Below are positions 42,695 to 53,460 of a DNA stretch of 64,000 nucleotides, in pieces. The notes beneath the pieces are model-generated. The model was not told the DNA's origin, did no database searches, and saw nothing but the letters and a program-made list of their open reading frames with translations. Source of the DNA: Polaromonas sp. (GTDB lineage: Bacteria; Pseudomonadota; Gammaproteobacteria; Burkholderiales; Burkholderiaceae_C). Location of the stretch: NCBI GenBank assembly GCA_004293655.1, contig RDZZ01000043.1:10235-74234 (forward strand), given 5' to 3'. Both the position numbers and the translations under genes were made by a program. Every line of letters starts with the position of its first letter. Positions within the stretch are counted from its first letter, which is position 1.

Positions 42695-42753
42695 ACACCA
42701 TATTGTGGTGATTGCCTTACCCGCAGTAGTTTCAAGAAAGAATCCAGAACAAT

Positions 42754-43395
42754 ATGGACGCTAAAACAGGTCTTTTTTACGTTTTCGCTGCATTGCTTTT
42801 ATTTGCGGCATTCAAAGTGATCACGGCGCGCAATCCGGTACATGCTGCGTTATACCTCGTACTTGCTTTCTTTCAAGCTGCCGCGATCTGGATTTTGCTC
42901 AAGGCAGAGTTTCTAGCAATCGCGCTGGTATTGGTGTATGTCGGTGCGGTCATGGTCTTGTTTTTGTTCGTAGTGATGATGCTAGACATCAACCTCGACG
43001 GCGTGCGCCAAGGATTTTGGAGGCACTTTCCACTCGCTGGTACCGTTGGGGCTATCATTGCGCTGGAAATGTCTTACGTGTTGATGGGTGGCTTTCGCGA
43101 ACCACCCAAATCAGTAACTGTTATAGGCCAGACTGGTGCGCAGGTATCTAATACAAAAGAGCTAGGCAAAGTTCTTTATTCAGAGTACCTTTATCCGCTT
43201 GAAATTGCTGCAGTGATTTTGCTGGTGGCTATCATCGCCGCCATTGCATTGACATTGCGCGAGCGTAAAGACTCCAAATCACAAAATCCGTCGGAGCAGG
43301 TGAGAGTCAAACGTGCAGACCGTGTGGCCTTGGTCAAAATGAAGCCAGTCCTGACTGAAGTCACAAATACAGTCAGTCAGGAAAAAAAGGTATGA
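42754..43395 (+). CDS. nuoJ: NADH-quinone oxidoreductase subunit J
   Basis: [24 protein letters not shown]. Confidence 0.96.
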   Translation: MDAKTGLFYVFAALLLFAAFKVITARNPVHAALYLVLAFFQAAAIWILLKAEFLAIALVLVYVGAVMVLFLFVVMMLDINLDGVRQGFWRHFPLAGTVGAIIALEMSYVLMGGFREPPKSVTVIGQTGAQVSNTKELGKVLYSEYLYPLEIAAVILLVAIIAAIALTLRERKDSKSQNPSEQVRVKRADRVALVKMKPVLTEVTNTVSQEKKV

Positions 43396-43700
43396 CACTC
43401 ACTTTAGGACATTTTCTCTCGCTCGGTGCGATGTTGTTCGCATTGTCAGTGATTGGCATTTTTCTGAACCGAAAAAATCTTATTGTTTTATTAATGGCCA
43501 TTGAGCTGATGTTGCTGGCCGTTAACATGAACTTTGTCGCTTTTTCGTATTACCTCAATGACATGGCGGGTCAGATTTTTGTGTTTTTCATTTTGACGGT
43601 GGCAGCGGCTGAATCAGCCATTGGTCTGGCAATACTTGTCTTGCTGTTTCGTAATAAGTCCAGCATCAACGTTGATGAACTCAACACCCTCAAGGGTTAA
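43392..43700 (+). CDS. nuoK: NADH-quinone oxidoreductase subunit K
   Basis: [23 protein letters not shown]. Confidence 0.97.
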   Translation: MTLTLGHFLSLGAMLFALSVIGIFLNRKNLIVLLMAIELMLLAVNMNFVAFSYYLNDMAGQIFVFFILTVAAAESAIGLAILVLLFRNKSSINVDELNTLKG

Positions 43701-43704
43701 AAAA

Positions 43705-45726
43705 ATGAGTCAAACGCTTTCCGTTTCTTCCTTGTTAGCGGTGCCGCTTTTGCCGTTGGCTGGTGCTGTATTCGCTGGGGTTTTTGGTACCGCCTTCGGC
43801 GGCAACTGGATAGGTCGCCGGCTCTCTCACGCTTTGACAATTCTGAGTGTTTTTGCAGCGTTTATCTTATCTGCCACAACACTCAAAAGTGTGGCGATAG
43901 ACGGTGCACGTTTTAATGAAACCCTCTACACCTGGATGGTGGTGGGTGGCTTGAAGATGGAAGTTGGTTTTTTAATTGATGGCTTGTCAGCCATGATGAT
44001 GTGCGTAGTGACATTCGTCTCGCTCATGGTTCATATCTACACCATTGGCTACATGGAGGAGGAGGACGGTTACAACCGCTTTTTTAGCTATATTTCGCTG
44101 TTTACATTCGCCATGTTGATGCTGGTGATGAGTAACAACATGTTACAGCTTTTTTTCGGCTGGGAAGCCGTTGGATTGGTGTCTTATCTGTTGATCGGTT
44201 TTTACTACAACAAACCAAGCGCTACGCACGCCAACATGAAGGCGTTTTTGGTCAACCGTGTAGGTGACTTTGGTTTTATTCTCGGTATTGGCCTTGTGGC
44301 GGCTTACGCAGGCACGCTGAATTACGGTGAAGCATTCGCCAAGGGTGACGAGCTGGCCAAACTGACGCTGCCAGGCACTGAATGGATGTTGGTCACGGTA
44401 ATTTGCATTTGTCTTTTCATCGGTGCGATGGGCAAATCTGCTCAGTTTCCCCTGCATGTGTGGTTGCCAGACTCTATGGAAGGCCCCACGCCTATTTCGG
44501 CGCTGATCCACGCTGCCACCATGGTCACGGCAGGCATCTTCATGGTGACCCGAATGTCTCCGCTGTTTGAGTTGAGTGACACTGCACTGAGTTTCATCAT
44601 GGTTATCGGCGGCATCACTGCACTGTTCATGGGTTTTCTGGGCATTATTCAGAATGACATCAAGCGCGTGGTGGCGTATTCAACGCTCTCACAGCTTGGT
44701 TATATGACCGTTGCACTGGGCGCGTCAGCATATTCAGTAGCAGTTTTCCATTTGATGACACATGCATTCTTCAAGGCATTACTATTTTTAGCGGCGGGAT
44801 CAGTGATTTTGGGTATGCATCACAACCAAGATATTCGCTGGATGGGCGGTGTTCGTAAATACATGCCAATCACTTGGATCACCTTTTTACTCGGTTCGCT
44901 GGCCTTGATTGGAACACCGCTGTTCTCGGGTTTTTATTCCAAAGACAGCGTGATTGAAGCGGTACACGAAAGCCACCTCGCAGGCGCTGGTTTTGCTTAT
45001 TTTGCAGTACTGGCAGGTGTATTCATCACGGCGTTTTATTCTTTCAGGCTGTACTTTCTTGTTTTTCACGGCAAAGAACGCTTTGACCAAAATCCAGAAA
45101 CGCACCATGATGAGCACCACGGTGGGCATGATGTTCACCATCAAAAACCGCACGAATCACCCTGGGTGGTGACGGTGCCACTGGTCTTGCTGGCCATCCC
45201 GTCGGTTGTGATCGGATTCATCACCATCCAGCCCATGCTGTTCGGGGATTTTTTCCAAGGCGTTATCACCGTCAATCTTGAAAAGCATCCAGCAATGGAA
45301 GAGCTTGCAAAGCTGTTTCATGGCCCTGTGCAAATGGCTCTGCATGGCCTGACAGCAGCGCCCTTCTGGCTGGCTTTGGCAGGTGTTGTCACAGCTTACT
45401 ACATGTACCTGGTGAACCCTGCTTTGCCCGCGGCTGTCAAGCGAGCTTGTATGCCCGTCTATACGCTGCTGGAGAACAAGTATTACCTCGACTGGTTCAA
45501 TGAAAACGTGCTGGCGCGTGGGGCTCGAATGCTGGGCACAGGTTTGTGGAAGATGGGTGACCAAAAGGTGATTGACGGGACACTGGTCAATGGCTCCTGG
45601 AAACTGGTGGCGTGGGTATCGAGTATCGTCAGGCGTCTGCAGTCCGGTTATATCTACCACTATGCTTTCGGCATGATCATTGGTGTGTTTGTGCTCATGA
45701 CGTATTTCGTCTGGCTGAACAAATAA
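43705..45726 (+). CDS. nuoL: NADH-quinone oxidoreductase subunit L
   Basis: GKSAQFPLHVWLPDSMEGPTPISALIHAATMV. Confidence 0.97.
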   Translation: MSQTLSVSSLLAVPLLPLAGAVFAGVFGTAFGGNWIGRRLSHALTILSVFAAFILSATTLKSVAIDGARFNETLYTWMVVGGLKMEVGFLIDGLSAMMMCVVTFVSLMVHIYTIGYMEEEDGYNRFFSYISLFTFAMLMLVMSNNMLQLFFGWEAVGLVSYLLIGFYYNKPSATHANMKAFLVNRVGDFGFILGIGLVAAYAGTLNYGEAFAKGDELAKLTLPGTEWMLVTVICICLFIGAMGKSAQFPLHVWLPDSMEGPTPISALIHAATMVTAGIFMVTRMSPLFELSDTALSFIMVIGGITALFMGFLGIIQNDIKRVVAYSTLSQLGYMTVALGASAYSVAVFHLMTHAFFKALLFLAAGSVILGMHHNQDIRWMGGVRKYMPITWITFLLGSLALIGTPLFSGFYSKDSVIEAVHESHLAGAGFAYFAVLAGVFITAFYSFRLYFLVFHGKERFDQNPETHHDEHHGGHDVHHQKPHESPWVVTVPLVLLAIPSVVIGFITIQPMLFGDFFQGVITVNLEKHPAMEELAKLFHGPVQMALHGLTAAPFWLALAGVVTAYYMYLVNPALPAAVKRACMPVYTLLENKYYLDWFNENVLARGARMLGTGLWKMGDQKVIDGTLVNGSWKLVAWVSSIVRRLQSGYIYHYAFGMIIGVFVLMTYFVWLNK

Positions 45727-45750
45727 CAAGAATAAGAAAGAAGCTCAAGA

Positions 45751-47226
45751 ATGGGATTGCTTAGTCTAGCTATCTGGACACCAATTATTTTTGGCGTTGT
45801 ACTGTTGGCGCTTGGTCGTGACGAGCAAGCCCGGAGTGTGCGCTGGATTGCCCTGATGGGTGCTGTTGTCAGTTTTCTGGTGACCCTGCCTTTGTACGAC
45901 GGTTTCAGGCTCGACACCTCTGCCATGCAGTTTGTTGAAAAAAGCAGTTGGATTGCGCGCTTTAATGTCAACTACCACATTGGTGTGGATGGCATATCGC
46001 TGTGGTTTGTACTTTTGACTGCATTCATCAACGTTGTGGTGGTGATTGCCAGTTGGGAAGCCATCACCGAACGTGTCAGCCAATACATGGCTGCATTTTT
46101 GATTCTTTCAGGTCTGATGATCGGCGTTTTTACAGCGCTTGATGGCTTGTTGTTCTATGTGTTTTTTGAAGCTACCTTGATCCCGATGTACCTCATCATT
46201 GGCATCTGGGGCGGACCCAATAAAATTTATGCCGCTTTCAAGTTCTTTTTGTACACATTGCTGGGCTCTTTGCTGATGCTGGTAGCCCTGATATTTTTGT
46301 ATAACAAGGCTGGCGGTAGCTTTGACATTCTGGCTTGGCACCACTTGAAATTAGGTGGAACCATTCAAACGCTGTTGTTTTTCGCATTTTTTGCTGCATT
46401 TGCTGTCAAGGTACCAATGTGGCCTGTGCACACATGGCTACCCGATGTACACGTTGAGGCTCCTACGGGCGGCTCAGCTGTGCTAGCTGCCATCATGCTC
46501 AAGCTCGGTGCCTACGGTTTTTTGCGCTTCTCGTTACCCATTGCCCCTGACGCATCGCGCGAGTGGGCCTGGCTCATGATTGCGTTGTCATTAACCGCTG
46601 TTATCTACGTAGGCTTGGTTGCGTTGGTACAGCAGGACATGAAAAAGCTGGTGGCTTACTCTTCCGTTGCGCACATGGGTTTCGTAACCCTGGGTTTCTT
46701 CATTTTCAATGACCTGGGAGTATCAGGCGGCATTGTTCAGATGATTGCGCACGGTTTTGTGTCGGCTGCCATGTTTTTGTGTATTGGCGTGTTGTATGAC
46801 CGTGTACATTCTCGTGAAATTTCCAGCTATGGTGGTGTTGTTAACACCATGCCTAAATTCGCTGCGTTTGCTCTGTTTTTTGCCATGGCCAATTGCGGCC
46901 TGCCTGCCACTGCCGGGTTTGTGGGTGAATGGATGGTGATTTTGGGCGTTGTCAAATTCAATTTCTGGATGGGTCTCGCAGCAGCTACAACGCTTATTTT
47001 TGGTGCTGCCTACACACTTTGGATGTTCAAGCGCGTGTACCTGGGGCCTGTCACCAATGACGATGTCAAGGGCTTGAGAGATATCAACAGTCGCGAGTTT
47101 CTGATGCTGAGTCTGCTCGCTGCAGCCGTCTTGTATATGGGCATTTATCCCAAGCCGTTTACAGATGTGATGAATACCTCGGTGGCTGACCTGCTCAAGC
47201 ATGTGGCCGTCTCGAAATTGAACTGA
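45751..47226 (+). CDS. nuoM: NADH-quinone oxidoreductase subunit M
   Basis: [20 protein letters not shown]. Confidence 0.97.
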   Translation: MGLLSLAIWTPIIFGVVLLALGRDEQARSVRWIALMGAVVSFLVTLPLYDGFRLDTSAMQFVEKSSWIARFNVNYHIGVDGISLWFVLLTAFINVVVVIASWEAITERVSQYMAAFLILSGLMIGVFTALDGLLFYVFFEATLIPMYLIIGIWGGPNKIYAAFKFFLYTLLGSLLMLVALIFLYNKAGGSFDILAWHHLKLGGTIQTLLFFAFFAAFAVKVPMWPVHTWLPDVHVEAPTGGSAVLAAIMLKLGAYGFLRFSLPIAPDASREWAWLMIALSLTAVIYVGLVALVQQDMKKLVAYSSVAHMGFVTLGFFIFNDLGVSGGIVQMIAHGFVSAAMFLCIGVLYDRVHSREISSYGGVVNTMPKFAAFALFFAMANCGLPATAGFVGEWMVILGVVKFNFWMGLAAATTLIFGAAYTLWMFKRVYLGPVTNDDVKGLRDINSREFLMLSLLAAAVLYMGIYPKPFTDVMNTSVADLLKHVAVSKLN

Positions 47227-47242
47227 TTGCCGAAAAATTCAG

Positions 47243-48742
47243 ATGATTGACAAACTTTCCTGGATCGCGGTTAGTCCCGAGATCGTCTTGCTGGTGATGG
47301 CATGCATTATTTTGCTGGTCGATCTTGGCACCAAAACACGCTATCGCACCGGCACTTACATATTGAGTCTGCTGACGCTGGCTGCAGTCGCTGTCATGCA
47401 GGTTACCTATGCCCTCGGCAACGAGACTTTTTATGGCTTCGGAAAAATGGTAGTGGTTGACCCCATGGGGGCATGGCTGAAATTTTTTGCCTGCATTGCC
47501 TTGATGACCTCGATGGTATATGGCCGGCCTTATGCGGCTGAGCGCGACATGCTTCGGGGCGGGGAGTTTTTCACGCTCAGTCTGTTCGCGCTTCTGGGTA
47601 TGTTCGTGATGATTTCCGGACACAATTTCCTGGTGATCTACATGGGTCTGGAATTGTTGACACTGTCCAGTTATGCGCTGGTGGCCTTGCGTCGTGACAA
47701 CGCCACCGCCACAGAGGCGGCCATGAAGTATTTTGTATTGGGTGCTTTGGCATCAGGCTTTTTGCTTTATGGCTTGTCGATGCTCTATGGTGCTACCGGC
47801 TCACTGGATGTTAATGAAGTTTTCAACGCCATTGCCAGCCGCCAAGTCAAGCATCAAGTGCTGGTATTTGGTCTGGTGTTTATCGTTGCAGGCTTGGCGT
47901 TCAAACTTGGCGCCGTACCTTTTCATATGTGGCTGCCAGACGTGTATCAAGGCGCACCTACTGCAGTGACGCTGCTCATTGGTGGCGCCCCTCAACTTGC
48001 TGCCTTTGCCATCTGCCTGCGACTGCTGGTCGAAGGTCTGTTGCCACTGGCCATCGACTGGCAGCAGATGCTGGCCATAATGGCGGTCGGTTCTTTGCTT
48101 GTTGGCAATTTAGCGGCTATCGCCCAAACCAATCTCAAGCGTATGCTGGCATTTTCCACCATCTCGCAGATGGGTTTCCTGTTGTTGGCAATGATGTCAG
48201 GCGTGGTAGATGGCAGTCAGCTCAATACTGAGTCAGCCTACAGCGCTGCCATGTTCTATGCCATTACTTATGTGCTCACCACGTTGGCAGTGTTCGGCAT
48301 CATCATGTTACTTTCTCGCGCTGGGCACGAGTCCGAGGATATTCATGATCTTGCGGGCCTCAACCAGCGCAGTCCTCTGTATGCAGGGGTTATGGCAGTT
48401 GCCATGTTGTCACTCGCTGGTTTGCCGCCATTGGTGGGGTTTTACGCCAAGCTGGCAGTATTGCAAGCACTGGTTGCTTCACAGCAAACCAGCTATCTGG
48501 TGTTGGCGATATTCGCCGTCATGATGTCTCTGGTGGGTGCCTTTTATTATTTGCGTGTGGTCAAAGTCATGTACTTCGATGCGCCACAAGTGCCTGTTCA
48601 TCCGATTTCTGCGCCCACAGACGTACGCGTGGTACTGTCCATCAACGGCGCATTCATACTGATTTTGGGTATTGCTCCAGGCGGCCTCATGACTTTGTGC
48701 GCCCAAGCCATCGGCAGTATTGTCAGGTCACTGGGCCACTAG
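47243..48742 (+). CDS. nuoN: NADH-quinone oxidoreductase subunit N
   Basis: [27 protein letters not shown]. Confidence 0.97.
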   Translation: MIDKLSWIAVSPEIVLLVMACIILLVDLGTKTRYRTGTYILSLLTLAAVAVMQVTYALGNETFYGFGKMVVVDPMGAWLKFFACIALMTSMVYGRPYAAERDMLRGGEFFTLSLFALLGMFVMISGHNFLVIYMGLELLTLSSYALVALRRDNATATEAAMKYFVLGALASGFLLYGLSMLYGATGSLDVNEVFNAIASRQVKHQVLVFGLVFIVAGLAFKLGAVPFHMWLPDVYQGAPTAVTLLIGGAPQLAAFAICLRLLVEGLLPLAIDWQQMLAIMAVGSLLVGNLAAIAQTNLKRMLAFSTISQMGFLLLAMMSGVVDGSQLNTESAYSAAMFYAITYVLTTLAVFGIIMLLSRAGHESEDIHDLAGLNQRSPLYAGVMAVAMLSLAGLPPLVGFYAKLAVLQALVASQQTSYLVLAIFAVMMSLVGAFYYLRVVKVMYFDAPQVPVHPISAPTDVRVVLSINGAFILILGIAPGGLMTLCAQAIGSIVRSLGH

Positions 48743-48895
48743 CACCATCTGGCAGTTCGAGCCTGGTACTGAGACAGTCAGATCGCGAGCGTCAAGGCGG
48801 GCACAGGTACCTTGTGTCCGTCTTGCACACTGTCTTGCGCACGGGCTCTGAACTGATAATTTCGTGCGATTTGAAAGTTTGGCCATAATCCAGGC

Positions 48896-49423
48896 ATGAA
48901 AGTTCTCAACCTACAGTGTTCACAACAGCATTTGTTTGAAGGCTGGTTTGCGTCCGAGGATGACTTTCAGTCACAGCTCGCCCGCGGCCTGGTTGAATGT
49001 CCAATGTGTTGCGATAACAACATTCAGAAAATGCCAAGCGCACCCCGGCTCAATTTGGGTGTGCATCAAGCAGGAGGCTGTGGCCTTGAAGGTGGACACC
49101 AGAAAATCAGCGAATCGGCCAGCTCTTCTGAACTGACACGCCAGCAAAGCCCAGTAGCCAAAAGCACAGCTGGCGCAACGGATGTAACCCCAAACCATAG
49201 CTCCGCGGAACAGGCCAAATTCTTCACAGCCCTGCGTCACATGGTGGCCAACACAGAGGACGTTGGGGATCGATTTGCCCATGAAGCACGCGCCATGCAT
49301 CACGGAGACTCGCAAGCGCGGAGTATTCGCGGCGTTGCCAGCCTGCGTGAAGCGCAAGAATTACGCCAAGAGGGCATTGATGTGCTGCCTTTGCCGCCAC
49401 AGTTGAAAGAGACTCTGCAGTAA
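48896..49423 (+). CDS. DUF1178 family protein
   Basis: L.C...H.FEGWF.S..DF..Q..RGLV.CP.C...K.PSAPR and TEDVG.RFA.EAR.MH.G. Confidence 0.9.
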   Translation: MKVLNLQCSQQHLFEGWFASEDDFQSQLARGLVECPMCCDNNIQKMPSAPRLNLGVHQAGGCGLEGGHQKISESASSSELTRQQSPVAKSTAGATDVTPNHSSAEQAKFFTALRHMVANTEDVGDRFAHEARAMHHGDSQARSIRGVASLREAQELRQEGIDVLPLPPQLKETLQ

Positions 49424-49496
49424 AACCGCCGCTGGTCGGCCCCCCAAACCGGCAGTCATGGGCGTGACACGTGCTGGTTTTGGCAGTCTTTCGTCG

Positions 49497-49559
49497 CATT
49501 CCATTTGCATTTGCATTTGCATTTGCATATCAATACGATATGGTGTTGCTTTGCTTTAA
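49497..49559. repeat. Truncated second copy of the 16162-type element containing a (CATTTG)4 microsatellite
   Basis: cattc-(catttg)x4-catatcaatacgatatggtgttgctttgcttt; similar to 16169-16208. Confidence 0.65.
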
Positions 49560-49648
49560 TCCCCCATCTGAGATTGCTTGCCTCGCAGACTGTGGGGAAA
49601 GTTAGAATCTGGAGCGACAAGCTTTCCACATGTGTTCCCGTCGTTTCC

Positions 49649-50059
49649 ATGAATCCTGGTGCCGCTTTTTACAAATTTTTTGAACTGCTTTCACCTGGCA
49701 CATGGCTGGCTGTTTCAGCTTTTTCGCTGGTGATGGCGTCCGCCTCCGGCGCACTGGTGATGTCGCGCCAAGGTGTGCAGGCCCAAGACGTGCTGCTGCC
49801 TGCTTATGACTGGGCACGCCGTTTCGCACGTGATACCGTGCGACTGACCTTTAAAACTGATGAGGGTATGCAGGAAACGGTTTTTGTCGCACCACGGGGA
49901 ATTCTGGATCAATCAGCGCCTCTTAAACTGGTTGAAAAATTCGATGATTTCTTACCCGAGGTAGAAGCCGCCAATCGTCCACCGCTGGCACCCCCACAAG
50001 TGCTCGACCCTGAGTGGATACCTGTTTTTTCTGGCAAGAAAGAAGATGTGGATACTTGA
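49649..50059 (+). CDS. Hypothetical protein with N-terminal hydrophobic anchor or signal
   Basis: 136-aa ORF, WLAVSAFSLVMASASGALV segment, 14 nt upstream of the deacetylase start; no family recognised. Confidence 0.6.
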   Translation: MNPGAAFYKFFELLSPGTWLAVSAFSLVMASASGALVMSRQGVQAQDVLLPAYDWARRFARDTVRLTFKTDEGMQETVFVAPRGILDQSAPLKLVEKFDDFLPEVEAANRPPLAPPQVLDPEWIPVFSGKKEDVDT

Positions 50060-50073
50060 TAAGGCTTTCTGAC

Positions 50074-51933
50074 ATGATGCCCAGACCTTTTGCCAGCTGC
50101 CTGTACCTTTATGTTGTGGGGCTTTTACTTTCGACGACTGTTTTTGGCATTGCCAGTGCAGCGAAGGTTAAAAACCTGGAGGTCACCCAGACCCAGGCTG
50201 TCACCTCTGCGCCCGAGATACCACCAACAGCTGTGCCACCTGCACACACTGCACACACGCTTGAGGCCATCTACCTTTACGCCAGCCCCATCACTTCTGT
50301 TTTCTTTAAAGAAAACGGTGCCAGCTATGACACTCTCAAACAGCACTGGCGCGAATATCTAAGGCCCTACGGTGGCTCCTACCGCGAGGTGTCACGAGCC
50401 AATTTACTGGCGGGCTTAACACCTGGTGTTCTGGTTTTGGGGTCGGCCATATTGCTTGACGCGCAGGAGCGTAAAGCGATTACTGCCTTTGCTGAGGCAG
50501 GTGGCAGTATCTTGGCAACCTGGGGCACCGGGGCGCGCAATGGCAAAGGGCAGTGGGAAGGCTACGGTTTCATTGAAAACCTGTTGGATATGAAAATCAC
50601 CGGCAAGGTGGTCAACGAAAACCCGGAACACTTCATCAATACCTTTGGTGATGGCCCCTTGAGCTGGAGTGTGCCCGGTGGCAACCGGATTTTTCTGGGT
50701 GAAGTTGCCGAATCGCCCCTGCGCATAGATTCCCCGCGTCTGGCAGCACGTTATTTTGACTGGCAGCGCTACCCGGCGGCCAAAAATACGAACGGTGCCA
50801 TTGCATTTTTTGAAAAAGCAGGCTCTCGCCGTGCTTACTTTGGTTTTTCCGAGTCGAGTTGGGAGTATGACGATCGGCTTGAGCTACCTAAATTGCTGGA
50901 CGCCACCATGGCCTGGCTGCGCCGTGAGCGACGCGTTTTCAAAGCGGCCTGGCCCGATGGCAATCTGTCTGCACAATTGCTCGAGATGGATACTGAAGAC
51001 AAGTATGCCAATGCGATCAACTTCGCGCGCCATCTTGACGAGGCCAAACTCAAGGGCACGTTTTACTCGCTGACCAGTGTGGCCACCAAAAACAGAGACA
51101 TTGTCAACAAGCTGGCTGAAAAGCACGAGATCGCCTACCACGCCGAAATCCATTTCGGATTCAAGGGCAAATCGCCCGAAGTCCAGCAAGAGCGGTTGGC
51201 CAAAATGGTCGCAGAAATGCAGGACATTGTGGGTATTCGGGCGCTGCCCAAAGTCACTGGGTTTCGCGCACCTACAGAATCGTGGGACGAGACCACTGAG
51301 AAGTTATTGCGCAAAATCGGCATACGTCACCATGTGGTGGGCCCCAGTGCCAGTGAAGACCGCCTGCCGTTCTTCTCAAAATCCGAACCAGGAGTGGGGC
51401 CTGAAGACGCTCTGGTCGTGCTGCCCCGAACTCAGATGGATGATCTCAATTACCAGCGGCTCAAGCTGGACTTGCCGCAAGCGTCCGTATTGATTGCACT
51501 TGACTTTGACTACCTGCTGGAGTCAGGTGCGCTGGGTGTGCTGTCTGTCCACTCGCAAAATTATGCACCCGGTGGATTGATGGACAAGCTTACGCCACCT
51601 TACATCAAGCGTTTGCAAGAGCACCGCAGCGACATTTTCGTCGGCTCTGGAGCCGACATTGAGTCTTGGTGGCGAGCCCGCGAGCGCGTCGTACACACGC
51701 CTGCAAAGCAGGCCGCAACCCGTCTTGTCTTTGATGTTCGCTCCCCCGGAAACGTCAAGGGCGTTACTTTTTTTGTCACGCATTCAGTCGCAGAAGGCGT
51801 GCTGAAGGCTGTCAAAGCCAGCAGGGCTGATTTGCCACAGCCTGAGGTGGTGCGACTGGATTCCTACCGGTCTGCCATCGTTTTCAGGCAGGAACTTAAA
51901 ACCGGCCGCTACGACTACAGCCTGGAGTTTTAA
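50074..51933 (+). CDS. Secreted polysaccharide deacetylase (CE4/NodB-like) multidomain protein
   Basis: Signal peptide; flavodoxin/GATase-like N-domain (FAEAGGSILAT); CE4-like motifs MDTED, HEIAYHAEIH, GFRAP, LSVHSQ; beta-rich C-terminus. Confidence 0.75.
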   Translation: MMPRPFASCLYLYVVGLLLSTTVFGIASAAKVKNLEVTQTQAVTSAPEIPPTAVPPAHTAHTLEAIYLYASPITSVFFKENGASYDTLKQHWREYLRPYGGSYREVSRANLLAGLTPGVLVLGSAILLDAQERKAITAFAEAGGSILATWGTGARNGKGQWEGYGFIENLLDMKITGKVVNENPEHFINTFGDGPLSWSVPGGNRIFLGEVAESPLRIDSPRLAARYFDWQRYPAAKNTNGAIAFFEKAGSRRAYFGFSESSWEYDDRLELPKLLDATMAWLRRERRVFKAAWPDGNLSAQLLEMDTEDKYANAINFARHLDEAKLKGTFYSLTSVATKNRDIVNKLAEKHEIAYHAEIHFGFKGKSPEVQQERLAKMVAEMQDIVGIRALPKVTGFRAPTESWDETTEKLLRKIGIRHHVVGPSASEDRLPFFSKSEPGVGPEDALVVLPRTQMDDLNYQRLKLDLPQASVLIALDFDYLLESGALGVLSVHSQNYAPGGLMDKLTPPYIKRLQEHRSDIFVGSGADIESWWRARERVVHTPAKQAATRLVFDVRSPGNVKGVTFFVTHSVAEGVLKAVKASRADLPQPEVVRLDSYRSAIVFRQELKTGRYDYSLEF

Positions 51934-51958
51934 GTTGCTGCCAACGAAGTGTGCCGTC

Positions 51959-53284
51959 TCAAGGGTACAAGCCGCGCAGTTCGCGGGTGTGCAAAATCCG
52001 CTTGCAAGCCACAATAAAGGTTGCTGTGCGCAAGCTGACTTTCTGGTCTTGTGACACAGCCCATACCGCTGCAAAGGCGTGTTTCATGATCTTGACCAGG
52101 CGCGCGTTGATCTCTTCCTCGTCCCAGAAGAAGCTGGAAAAGTCCTGCACCCATTCAAAATAACTGACTGTCACGCCGCCGGCGTTGGCGATCACATCAG
52201 GCAGCACCAGCACGTTGCGCGACTGCAAAATATCGTCGGCCGCTGGCGTGGTCGGGCCGTTGGCGCCTTCAATCACCATGCGGGCCTTGATGCGGCCTGC
52301 GTTGGCGGCGGTGATTTGCTGCTCCAGGGCCGCAGGAATCAATATGTCGCACTCCACGTCCCAAAAGCTGTCGCTGGCAATGACCTCAGCCTGTGCAAAG
52401 CCGCCCACGCTGCCGGTTTCTTCCACGTGCTTGAGCAGGCTCGGTACATCCAGCCCGGCTTCACGGTAAATTGTGCCGCCGTGGTCTTGCACCGCCACAA
52501 TGCGGGCACCGGCTTCTGCAAACAGTTTGCCCGCCACGCCGCCCACATTGCCAAAGCCTTGTACGGCCACGCGCGCGCCGGAAATCTCCAGGCCAATATG
52601 CTGGGCCGCCTCACAGCCGACGGTATAGACGCCGCGCCCGGTGGCTTCGCGCCTGCCGAGTGAGCCGCCCAAGTCCACGGGTTTGCCAGTCACGACGCCG
52701 GTGGCGGTCGAGCCGGTGTTCATGGAGTAGGTGTCCATCATCCACGCCATGATTTGCTCGTTGGTGTTGACGTCAGGCGCAGGAATGTCTTTGTTCGGGC
52801 CAATGATGATGCCGATCTCACTGGTGTAGCGGCGCGTCATGCGCTCCAGCTCGCCACGCGAGAGTTTTTTCGGGTCCACCCGTATGCCGCCTTTTGCACC
52901 GCCGTAAGGCACGTTGACCGCTGCGTTTTTAACCGACATCCAGGCTGACAAGGCCATGACTTCAGACAAGGTGACGTCTTGGTGAAAGCGCACACCGCCC
53001 TTGCCGGGGCCGCGTGAGACGTTGTGCTGCACGCGGTAGCCTTCAAAGTGGGCCACGGTGCCATCGTCCATGTGGATGGGCACGTCAACGATCAACACCC
53101 GTTTCGGGCGCTTGAGGGTTTCTGCCCAGCGCGCCAGGCTGCCCAGGTGCGGTATGACGCGGTCAACCTGCTGCAGGTAATTGCCCCAGGGGCCGAGGTT
53201 GTCAGCCTGCAGGTAAGACGGTAGCGGGTGCTGCGATGGGTTGGCAGCTGCACTGTTGGCAGCACTTGTGGGGGCCTGTGACAT
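51959..53284 (-). CDS. gdhA: Glu/Leu/Phe/Val dehydrogenase (glutamate dehydrogenase)
   Basis: [51 protein letters not shown]; aggag RBS. Confidence 0.93.
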   Translation of the reverse strand: MSQAPTSAANSAAANPSQHPLPSYLQADNLGPWGNYLQQVDRVIPHLGSLARWAETLKRPKRVLIVDVPIHMDDGTVAHFEGYRVQHNVSRGPGKGGVRFHQDVTLSEVMALSAWMSVKNAAVNVPYGGAKGGIRVDPKKLSRGELERMTRRYTSEIGIIIGPNKDIPAPDVNTNEQIMAWMMDTYSMNTGSTATGVVTGKPVDLGGSLGRREATGRGVYTVGCEAAQHIGLEISGARVAVQGFGNVGGVAGKLFAEAGARIVAVQDHGGTIYREAGLDVPSLLKHVEETGSVGGFAQAEVIASDSFWDVECDILIPAALEQQITAANAGRIKARMVIEGANGPTTPAADDILQSRNVLVLPDVIANAGGVTVSYFEWVQDFSSFFWDEEEINARLVKIMKHAFAAVWAVSQDQKVSLRTATFIVACKRILHTRELRGLYP

Positions 53285-53377
53285 GAAAAAACTCCTGTGG
53301 TGAAAGGTAAGAAGCAGTCCAGTCACAGAGCTTAGAAGCCTATGCTCAGGAAGTCCAAGGCCAGCTTGATGTATTGT

Positions 53378-53394
53378 TATGCGTAAAGTGCATA
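53378..53394. promoter_or_regulatory. LysR-type operator upstream of gdhA
   Basis: tatgc-gtaaagt-gcata palindrome containing T-N11-A. Confidence 0.55.
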
Positions 53395-53460
53395 GTTAAG
53401 GTTTTGGCACACCTCATCACGCTGGCTACGGCTGAAAAGTGCTGCGCCCACGCTGCCGAT

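Noticed and set aside
49505-49648. MHLHLHLH N-terminus suggesting a His-rich metal-binding leader
   Set aside because: It is the translation of the (CATTTG)4 microsatellite from a TTG; the likely start is ATG 49649
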